DNA of 5,570 nt, from positions 1 through 5,570 of the IMG/VR virus record IMGVR_UViG_2703718840_000002; one strand, written 5' to 3'. Every line of letters starts with the position of its first letter. The first letter of the stretch is position 1. This document shows positions 1-5,570 of this stretch, piece after piece. This DNA comes from a virus. Lineage: Duplodnaviria; Heunggongvirae; Uroviricota; Caudoviricetes. Below the pieces are notes generated by a model. That model saw only the letters and a program-made list of their open reading frames with translations. It ran no database searches and was not told where the DNA came from. The position numbers and the translations under genes were made by a program.

Positions 1-303
1 GTCACTGACCTTGAGCATATCAGCCAGAGTATCGGCGATATCCTGCGCACACCGGTCGGCTCACGGGTGATGCGTCGTGATTACGGCTCGTTGCTGGCGT
101 CAATGATTGACCAGCCGCAGACCCCGGCGCTTGAGTTGCAGATTAAGGTCGCCTGTTACATGGCGGTGCTGAAATGGGAACCCCGCGTCACCCTGTCATC
201 CGTCACCACGGCGCGCAGTTTTGACGGGCGAATAACGGTCACGTTAACCGGTCAGCACAACGACACCGGCCAGCCACTTTCGTTAACCATCCCTGTGAGT
301 TGA
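1..303 (+). CDS. W: Baseplate wedge protein, P2 gpW / T4 gp25-like; 5' end lies outside the window
   Basis: Frame 1 is open from base 1 to TGA at 301-303. Translation (VTDLEHISQSIGDILRTPVGSRVMRRDYGSLLASMIDQPQTPALELQIKVACYMAVLKWEPRVTLSS...) matches my recollection of P2 gpW. The next gene starts 5 nt after the stop. Confidence 0.85.
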   Translation, partial: VTDLEHISQSIGDILRTPVGSRVMRRDYGSLLASMIDQPQTPALELQIKVACYMAVLKWEPRVTLSSVTTARSFDGRITVTLTGQHNDTGQPLSLTIPVS

Positions 304-307
304 AACC

Positions 308-1216
308 ATGCCGATTATCGACCTGAACCAGCTACCCGCACCGGATGTGGTTGAGGAGCTGGACTTTGAAACCATTCTTGCCGAACGCAAGGCGACACTG
401 ATTTCCCTTTACCCGGAAGACCAGCAGGAGGCGGTCGCCCGTACCCTGACGCTGGAATCTGAGCCTCTCGTCAAACTGCTGGAGGAAAATGCTTATCGTG
501 AGCTTATCTGGCGTCAGCGTGTGAATGAGGCTGCACGGGCGGTGATGCTGGCCTGTGCCGCCGGTAATGACCTTGATGTGATTGGTGCCAATTACAACAC
601 CACACGCCTGATTATCACCCCGGCAGATGATTCGACCCTCCCGCCGACACCGGCCGTGATGGAATCTGACACCGATTATCGTCTGCGTATTCAGCAGGCG
701 TTTGAAGGTTTAAGCGTCGCCGGGTCGGTGGGGGCCTATCAGTATCATGGTCGAAGTGCCGACGGGCGTGTCGCAGATATCTCTGTCACCAGTCCTTCTC
801 CGGCCTGCGTCACCATCTCTGTGCTGTCACGTGAAAATAACGGTGTGGCATCCGAAGACCTGCTGGCGGTGGTGCGCAACGCCCTTAATGGTGAGGACGT
901 CAGACCGGTGGCCGACCGTGTGACCGTGCAGTCTGCCGTCATCGTTGAATACCAGATAAATGCCACGCTTTACCTTTACCCTGGCCCCGAAAGCGAACCC
1001 ATTCGCGCTGCCGCCGTGAAAAAACTGGAAGCGTATATCACGGCACAGCACCGGCTGGGGCGCGACATCCGACTGTCTGCCATTTATGCCGCTTTGCATG
1101 TGGAAGGCGTGCAGCGTGTCGAACTGGCTGCACCGCTGGCCGACATCGTGCTCAACAATACGCAGGCGTCTTTCTGTACCGAATACAGCGTCGTGACAGG
1201 AGGCTCGGATGAGTGA
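308..1216 (+). CDS. J: Baseplate assembly protein J (P2 gpJ family)
   Basis: 302-aa ORF, the same length I recall for P2 gpJ. It sits directly after W and before I in the conserved W-J-I-H-G order. Antisense ORFs across it are shadows. Confidence 0.88.
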   Translation: MPIIDLNQLPAPDVVEELDFETILAERKATLISLYPEDQQEAVARTLTLESEPLVKLLEENAYRELIWRQRVNEAARAVMLACAAGNDLDVIGANYNTTRLIITPADDSTLPPTPAVMESDTDYRLRIQQAFEGLSVAGSVGAYQYHGRSADGRVADISVTSPSPACVTISVLSRENNGVASEDLLAVVRNALNGEDVRPVADRVTVQSAVIVEYQINATLYLYPGPESEPIRAAAVKKLEAYITAQHRLGRDIRLSAIYAALHVEGVQRVELAAPLADIVLNNTQASFCTEYSVVTGGSDE

Positions 1217-1820
1217 TTCGCGACTGCTGCCGACCGGCTCATCACCGCTTGAAGTCGCTGCCGCAAAAGCCTGTGCGGAAATTGAAAAAACGCCGGTCAG
1301 TATTCGTGAGCTGTGGAACCCGGACACCTGCCCGGCAAATCTGCTGCCGTGGCTGGCGTGGTCATTTTCGGTTGACCGCTGGGATGATAAGTGGCCGGAA
1401 GCGACAAAACGCGCTGTTATCCGCGATGCGTATTTCATTCACTGCCATAAGGGCACTATAGGCGCAATCCGGCGTGTGGTGGAGCCGCTCGGCTATCTGA
1501 TTGAGGTGAGGGAGTGGTGGCAGCTCAACGAGGAGCCGGGGACGTTCCGCATCGTTGTTGGCGTGCTTGAGCAGGGTATTACCGAGGAAATGTATCAGGA
1601 GCTGGAGCGCCTCGTTGCTGATGCAAAACCGGCAAGCCGCCATCTGACGGGACTGGCTATCAGTTTAAGTACAACCGGCAACATTTTTGCCGGTGCGGGA
1701 TGCTATCACGGTGACGCCCTGACGGTTTATCCCTACACCCCGGAGGCCATTATTGTCGGAGGGGATTATTTCCCGGCCTCGGCCATTCATTTAATTGATA
1801 ACCTGAGAGTAAACGCATGA
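1209..1820 (+). CDS. I: Baseplate protein I (P2 gpI family)
   Basis: 203-aa ORF. GGAGG at 1198-1202 lies 6 nt upstream of ATG 1209, which overlaps the J stop (ATGAGTGA). The N-terminus MSDSRLLPTGSSPLEVAAAKA... is as I recall for P2 gpI, and the stop overlaps the H start (ATGA). Confidence 0.85.
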   Translation: MSDSRLLPTGSSPLEVAAAKACAEIEKTPVSIRELWNPDTCPANLLPWLAWSFSVDRWDDKWPEATKRAVIRDAYFIHCHKGTIGAIRRVVEPLGYLIEVREWWQLNEEPGTFRIVVGVLEQGITEEMYQELERLVADAKPASRHLTGLAISLSTTGNIFAGAGCYHGDALTVYPYTPEAIIVGGDYFPASAIHLIDNLRVNA

Positions 1821-3124
1821 CAGTGAAATACTACGCCATTCTGACTAATCAGGGCGCAGCACGGCTGGCTAACGCGACGATGCTCGGCAGTAAGCTGAAT
1901 CTGACGCAAATGGCCGTTGGTGATGCGAATGGTGTCTTGCCGACACCAGACCCGGCACAGACAAAACTGATTAATCAGAAACGCATCGCGCCGCTGAATC
2001 TTCTGAGTGTTGACCCGAACAACCAGAGCCAGATTATTGCGGAGCAAATCATCCCTGAGAACGAGGGCGGATTCTGGATCCGTGAGATTGGGCTTTATGA
2101 TGATGAAGGCGTACTCATTGCGGTGGCGAACTGCCCGGAAACGTACAAACCGCAGTTGCAGGAAGGCAGTGGTCGTACCCAGACTATCCGCATGATTCTG
2201 GTTGTCACGAATACCGAAGCTATTACGCTGAAAATCGACCCGTCGGTGGTACTGGCGACCCGTAAATACGTGGATGATAAAGTCCTGGAATTAAAGCTGT
2301 ATGTGGATGACCAGATGAGAAACCACATTGCCGCACAAGATCCTCATACCCAGTATGCGCAGAAACATAATCCGACATTTACCGGAGAACCAAAAGCGCC
2401 GACGCCTGCAGCAGGAAATAACACCACGCGGATTGCGACCACTGAGTTTGTTCAGGCCGCTATTACTGCTCTGATTAACGGTGCGCCAGCCACGCTGGAC
2501 ACACTGAAAGAAATTGCCGCAGCCATTAACAATGACCCGAAATTCAGTACCACCATTAACAATGCGCTGTCAGGTAAGCAGCCACTGGATGAGACGCTGA
2601 CTCATTTGAGTGGAAAGGATGTTGCCGGTCTTCTCGCATACCTTGGTTTGGGAGAAGGCTCTGCATTACCTGTTGGTGTCCCTGTTCCGTGGCCTTCAGC
2701 CACTCCGCCAACAGGCTGGCTGAAATGCAACGGAGCAGCTTTTTCTGCTGAAGAATACCCGGAACTGGCAAAGGCTTACCCGACAAATAAATTGCCAGAT
2801 TTACGTGGTGAGTTTATTCGTGGCTGGGATGACGGGCGTGGTATTGATGCTGGACGTGCTTTATTGAGCCTTCAGGCTGGGATGCTGGAAAAACACCGCC
2901 ATATTGTTGTTGCCAATGATGGTTACGACACAAAAGATGAATGGGAACTGGCTACGATTTTCAAAAAAACATACACACAAGGACGGGGACTTGATGCCAC
3001 AAATACAGGAGGGAGTCTGATCCCATCACCGACACTTCATTCACGAGGGAGTATCGGTAATACTGGCGGGAGTGAGACCCGTCCACGAAATATTGCATTT
3101 AACTTTATCGTAAGGGCTGCATAA
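1817..3124 (+). CDS. H: Tail fiber protein H: conserved N-terminal and shaft region plus a C-terminal tail-collar-type receptor-binding tip
   Basis: 435-aa ORF. The N-terminus (MTVKYYAILTNQGAARLANATMLGSKLNLTQMAVGDANGVLPTPDPAQTKLINQKRIAPLNLL...) is the conserved P2 H / Mu S / P1 S fiber N-terminal domain. The C-terminal part (WLKCNGAAFSAEEYPELAKAYPTNKLPDLRGEFIRGWDDGRG) resembles the phage tail collar domain as in T4 gp12. Start overlaps the I stop. It is shorter than P2 gpH (about 669 aa, from memory). Confidence 0.9.
   Translation: MTVKYYAILTNQGAARLANATMLGSKLNLTQMAVGDANGVLPTPDPAQTKLINQKRIAPLNLLSVDPNNQSQIIAEQIIPENEGGFWIREIGLYDDEGVLIAVANCPETYKPQLQEGSGRTQTIRMILVVTNTEAITLKIDPSVVLATRKYVDDKVLELKLYVDDQMRNHIAAQDPHTQYAQKHNPTFTGEPKAPTPAAGNNTTRIATTEFVQAAITALINGAPATLDTLKEIAAAINNDPKFSTTINNALSGKQPLDETLTHLSGKDVAGLLAYLGLGEGSALPVGVPVPWPSATPPTGWLKCNGAAFSAEEYPELAKAYPTNKLPDLRGEFIRGWDDGRGIDAGRALLSLQAGMLEKHRHIVVANDGYDTKDEWELATIFKKTYTQGRGLDATNTGGSLIPSPTLHSRGSIGNTGGSETRPRNIAFNFIVRAA
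2631..2656. other. Candidate crossover site for a Din-family serine invertase (hix/gix/cix/pix-like), at the constant/variable junction of H
   Basis: TTCTCGCATACC-TT-GGTTTGGGAGAA has 12-2-12 architecture. The two half-sites agree at 10 of 12 positions when one is reverse-complemented. The inner ACC/GGT and outer TTCTC/GAGAA arms resemble hixL (TTCTTGAAAACC AA GGTTTTTGATAA, recalled from memory). It encodes LAYLGLGE, about 156 codons before the H stop. Confidence 0.55.
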
Positions 3125-3732
3125 TGGATAACGCAGTATTAAATAGCGAGTTTATTGCCACGAAGGCGGGGAATATTACCGTCTATAACTACGATGGTGA
3201 AACTCGGGAATATATTTCTGCATCAACTGAATATCTTGCAGTGGGTGTCGGTATTCCAGCATATTCCTGTTTAGACGCTCCTGGTACATATAAGGCTGGT
3301 TATACAATTTGCCGTTCTGTAGATTTAAATTCATGGGAATATGTGCCAGACCATCGCGGTGAAATCGTCTATAACACCGAGACGGGAGATGCCAAAGAAA
3401 TCACAGCACCGGGTGATTACCCCGAAAATACAACCACTATCGCCCCATTAACGCCATACGATAAATGGGATGGTGAGAAATGGGTGACCGATACTGAGGC
3501 ACAGCATAGCGCCGCAGTAGACGCGGCAGAAGCACAGCGTCAGTCACTGATTGATACTGCAATGGCTTCCATTAGTCTGATTCAGCTGAAATTACAGGCC
3601 GGACGGAATCTGACGCAGTCAGAAACCAGCCGACTTAACACGGTGTTGGATTACATTGACGCGGTGACGGCAACAGATACCAGCACCGCGCCGGATGTTA
3701 TCTGGCCTGAACTGCCGGAGACTGCGCAATAA
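3124..3732 (+). CDS. G: Tail fiber assembly protein / chaperone (P2 gpG, lambda Tfa, Mu U family)
   Basis: 202-aa ORF whose ATG overlaps the H stop (TAATG). The C-terminus (...RLNTVLDYIDAVTATDTSTAPDVIWPELPETAQ) carries the conserved Tfa motif (RVDTSTAPDIEWP-like). The central DHRGEIVYNTETG...WDGEKWVTDTEAQ segment also matches the family pattern as I recall it. Confidence 0.85.
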   Translation: MDNAVLNSEFIATKAGNITVYNYDGETREYISASTEYLAVGVGIPAYSCLDAPGTYKAGYTICRSVDLNSWEYVPDHRGEIVYNTETGDAKEITAPGDYPENTTTIAPLTPYDKWDGEKWVTDTEAQHSAAVDAAEAQRQSLIDTAMASISLIQLKLQAGRNLTQSETSRLNTVLDYIDAVTATDTSTAPDVIWPELPETAQ

Positions 3733-3868
3733 ACTCACCATCAATATATAAATCCCCCTGCTGTGTGTCAGCAGGGCATTCTTTCCATATTAATGATGGA
3801 TGGAATCTTCCTTCAGGATTAATTTCCGTTATCTCTTCTACTTTATTTTCTTCAATTCTTGCCCACAT
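3698..3868 (-). CDS. Small hypothetical protein (56 aa) coupled to the glycine-rich ORF; possible remnant or short form of an alternative tail-fiber chaperone (Tfa'/U'-like position)
   Basis: On the minus strand the ATG at 3868-3866 is preceded by GGTGAGGT, 5 nt upstream, and this SD overlaps the TGA of the glycine-rich ORF. Translation is MWARIEENKVEEITEINPEGRFHPSLIWKECPADTQQGDLYIDGEFIAQSPAVQAR. Its 3' end overlaps the G 3' end by 35 nt, convergently. It is far too short for a full Tfa and contains the hairpin, so it is uncertain. Confidence 0.3.
   Translation of the reverse strand: MWARIEENKVEEITEINPEGRFHPSLIWKECPADTQQGDLYIDGEFIAQSPAVQAR
3756..3776. terminator. GC-rich hairpin (8-bp stem, 5-nt loop) between the convergent G gene and the minus-strand cassette; possible bidirectional intrinsic terminator
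   Basis: CCCTGCTG (3756-3763), loop TGTGT, CAGCAGGG (3769-3776) form a perfect inverted repeat 24 nt after the G stop. It is followed by CATTCTTTCC on the + strand and by ATTTATATATT on the minus strand. Caveat: it lies inside the candidate small minus-strand ORF. Confidence 0.35.
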
Positions 3869-3875
3869 ATGAACC

Positions 3876-4316
3876 TCACCAGTAAATATAAACTGCGCCA
3901 TCTGCTCCGGCACCCGACTGACCCGTTGATGAATTAGGACATAATCCAGCTCCGCCACCTCCAGGCCCAACTGCTGATACCGCTTTTCCGTTAGCTGTAT
4001 CTCTGAATGAACCTGCTCCTCCGGGGCCACCACCAGAACCACCATTACCAGCTCCCGATGCGGCAGAAGCAATGGAACCTGGAGAACCTGGCCCAAGCGA
4101 TGTATTAATTGTTCCCCCGACACCAACTGCTCCTAACCCTCCGGAAGGCTGGCCTCCGCTATAGCCTCCGGAAGCTGACATGTAAGTCCCGAAACTGCTC
4201 GAGCCACCATTTTTACCGTTTACAGAAATACCAGACACAGGCGCACCACCGGTACTGGAAAAACTCGGTGTTATCAACAAAGAGTCAGACACACTTGACC
4301 AGACCGCCGCCAGAAC
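3876..4316 (-). CDS. Start-less glycine-rich tail-fiber tip domain on the opposite strand (putative alternative variable C-terminal region of H, H'v); likely a gene fragment
   Basis: Minus-strand frame is open from 4316 to TGA at 3878-3876, with no ATG near its 5' end (only GTG at 4292). Translation is rich in poly-Gly/Ser motifs (...GGYSGGQPSGGLGAVGVGG...GAGNGGSGGGPGGAGS...VGPGGGGAG...GADGAVYIYW), as in fiber or adhesin receptor-binding tips. Position and orientation match the S'v half of a Mu G-type invertible segment. The 5' boundary is uncertain because it overlaps the open + frame of the T remnant at 4186-4316. Confidence 0.5.
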   Translation of the reverse strand, partial: VLAAVWSSVSDSLLITPSFSSTGGAPVSGISVNGKNGGSSSFGTYMSASGGYSGGQPSGGLGAVGVGGTINTSLGPGSPGSIASAASGAGNGGSGGGPGGAGSFRDTANGKAVSAVGPGGGGAGLCPNSSTGQSGAGADGAVYIYW

Positions 4317-4569
4317 TCAAGCCGCCACGTATGGCCGCGGTGGTTATATTCCGGCGACCAGCTCTTATGCAGGCTATCAGGCTTATCAGCCGGTCACGGT
4401 ACCGGCTGGTCGCTCTTATGTGGACCAGAGTAAAAACGAATATCACATCAGTCTGACGGGCGGTACTGCGCCGGGGACACAGCTTGACCGCCAGTTACAG
4501 GATGCACTCGAAAAATACGAGCGGGATAAACGTGCGCGCGCCCGTGCCAGCATGATGCATGACGGTTAA
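4186..4569 (+). pseudogene. T: Tail tape measure protein T, C-terminal fragment only (N-terminal bulk of the gene absent)
   Basis: Frame 1 is open from 4186 (after TAA at 4183-4185) to TAA at 4567-4569, with no start codon. It ends ...LDRQLQDALEKYERDKRARARASMMHDG immediately before the U SD and start, where P2 synteny (T-U-D) places the end of T. The true 5' junction lies somewhere between about 4186 and 4320. Confidence 0.6.
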
Positions 4570-4583
4570 GGAGGTGACGAAAA

Positions 4584-5063
4584 ATGATGCTCGCGTTAGG
4601 TATGTTTGTTTTTATGCGCCAGACGCTGCCACACCAGACCATGCAGCGTGAATCAGATTATCGCTGGCCGTCAAATTCCCGTATCGGTAAACGGGATGCC
4701 TTTCAGTTTCTCGGTGTGGGTGAGGAAAACATCACGCTTGCCGGCGTGCTTTATCCCGAACTGACCGGCGGGAAGCTGACGATGACCACGCTCAGACTGA
4801 TGGCAGAGGAAGGCCGGGCGTGGCCGTTGCTGGATGGCACCGGCATGATTTACGGCATGTATGTCATCAGCAGGGTGAGTGAAACAGGGAGTATTTTCTT
4901 TGCAGACGGCACACCCCGGAAAATTGATTTTACGCTGTCGCTCACCCGCGTTGATGAATCACTGGCCGCGCTTTATGGCGATATCGGTAAACAGGCGGAA
5001 TCGCTCATCGGTAAGGCTGGCAGTATGGCGACCAGATTCACGGGTATGACGGGGGTGGGATAA
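4584..5063 (+). CDS. U: Tail protein U (P2 gpU family)
   Basis: 159-aa ORF (MMLALGMFVFMRQTLPHQTMQRESDYRWPSNSRIGKRDAFQFLGVGEENITLAGVLYPELTGG...), the same length I recall for P2 gpU. GGAGG at 4570-4574 lies 9 nt upstream of the ATG. Its stop overlaps the D start (TAATG). Confidence 0.82.
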   Translation: MMLALGMFVFMRQTLPHQTMQRESDYRWPSNSRIGKRDAFQFLGVGEENITLAGVLYPELTGGKLTMTTLRLMAEEGRAWPLLDGTGMIYGMYVISRVSETGSIFFADGTPRKIDFTLSLTRVDESLAALYGDIGKQAESLIGKAGSMATRFTGMTGVG

Positions 5064-5570
5064 TGCTGGATGCGCTGACATTTGATGCAGGCAGTACGCT
5101 GACGCCGGATTACATGCTGATGCTCGACAGCAGGGATATTACCGGCAATATCAGCGACCGTCTGATGAGTATGACCCTGACGGATAACCGGGGCTTTGAG
5201 GCTGACCAGCTTGATATTGAACTGAACGATGCCGACGGGCAGGTCGGGCTGCCGGTTCGTGGCGCTGTCCTGACGGTGTATATCGGCTGGAAAGGTTTTG
5301 CTCTGGTATGCAAAGGGAAATTTACCGTTGATGAGGTTGAACACCGGGGCGCGCCGGATGTGGTCACCATCCGCGCCCGGAGTGCAGATTTCCGCGGGAC
5401 GCTCAATTCCCGCCGTGAAGGTTCATGGCATGACACCACGCTCGGTGCGATTGTTGAGGCGATAGCCTCCCGTAACAGGCTGGAAGCCAGAGTCGCTCCG
5501 TCACTGGCCGGAATTAAAATCCCACACATCGACCAGTCGCAGGAGTCCGACGCGAAATTCCTGACCCGTC
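5063..5570 (+). CDS. D: Tail protein D (P2 gpD family); 3' end lies outside the window
   Basis: ATG at 5063 overlaps the U stop. Frame 2 stays open to the window end (169 codons, no stop). Translation MLDALTFDAGSTLTPDYMLMLDSRDITGNISDRLMSMTLTDNRGFEADQLDIELNDADGQVGLPVRG... matches my recollection of P2 gpD. The two antisense ORFs (4973..5344, 5110..5529) are shadows. Confidence 0.85.
   Translation, partial: MLDALTFDAGSTLTPDYMLMLDSRDITGNISDRLMSMTLTDNRGFEADQLDIELNDADGQVGLPVRGAVLTVYIGWKGFALVCKGKFTVDEVEHRGAPDVVTIRARSADFRGTLNSRREGSWHDTTLGAIVEAIASRNRLEARVAPSLAGIKIPHIDQSQESDAKFLTR

Noticed and set aside
745-1643. Minus-strand ORFs 745..966, 827..1438, 1084..1266 and 1362..1643, and + ORF 1213..1461
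   Set aside because: They lie antisense to, or out of frame with, the strongly supported J and I genes, and their translations are Arg/Ser/His-rich with no recognisable similarity. They are typical shadow ORFs of GC-rich coding sequence.
1787-2786. Minus-strand ORFs 1787..2047, 2095..2328 and 2556..2786, and + ORF 2007..2195, inside H
   Set aside because: Antisense or alternate-frame shadows of the tail fiber gene, with no start-site support.
3698-4126. Long version (142 aa) of the minus-strand ORF starting at 4126
   Set aside because: Its first ~86 codons are an alternate-frame reading of the glycine-rich ORF and give low-complexity sequence. The SD-supported ATG at 3868 is the plausible start, so only the 56-aa version is reported, and that at low confidence.
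4203-4280. Possible second crossover site near the 5' end of the minus-strand cassette (around 4203-4228 and 4255-4280)
   Set aside because: Only weak half-site resemblance (for example TTTCTGTAAACGG to a gix-like half-site, recalled from memory), with no dyad partner and no AAACC-NN-GGTTT core. This is consistent with chance, so the partner site is treated as absent from the window.
3876-4316. Glycine-rich ORF as a collagen-like (G-X-Y) repeat protein
   Set aside because: The glycines are not in strict triplet periodicity. The pattern is irregular poly-Gly/Ser clusters separated by short variable segments, which fits fiber or adhesin tip motifs better.
4109-4456. + strand ORF 4109..4456 (115 aa)
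   Set aside because: It is out of frame with the T remnant and antisense to the glycine-rich ORF, its Arg/Ser/His-rich translation is typical of an alternate-frame artefact, and it has no SD.
4448-5529. Minus-strand ORFs 4448..4642, 4973..5344 and 5110..5529
   Set aside because: Antisense shadows of the T remnant, U and D, with no independent support.
1-5570. CRISPR arrays, tRNA or rRNA genes, IS elements, attachment sites
   Set aside because: No spaced direct repeats, no tRNA-like cloverleaf candidates, and no transposase-like ORF or terminal inverted repeats were seen. The window is entirely phage structural genes plus the cassette remnant.

Overview
This window is the tail-morphogenesis region of a P2-family (Peduovirus-like) prophage from an enterobacterial host, all genes on the + strand. 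Calls rest on reading the six-frame translations and recognising P2-family proteins from memory; no database search was run. Gene order is W (5' partial) - J - I - H (tail fiber) - G (tail fiber assembly), then a short T (tape measure) 3' fragment - U - D (3' partial). Three things stand out. (1) A 26-bp imperfect palindrome inside H (2631-2656) looks like a crossover site for a Hin/Gin/Cin/Pin-type serine invertase. (2) Downstream of G, on the opposite strand, lies a start-less glycine-rich ORF plus a small coupled ORF, arranged like the second half of a Mu G-segment-type invertible tail-fiber cassette. (3) That cassette abuts only the 3' end of T, so sheath (FI), tube (FII), E/E', most of T, and any invertase and partner site are missing from where P2 synteny places them. 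The locus looks like a deleted, inversion-locked tail module, pending exclusion of misassembly.
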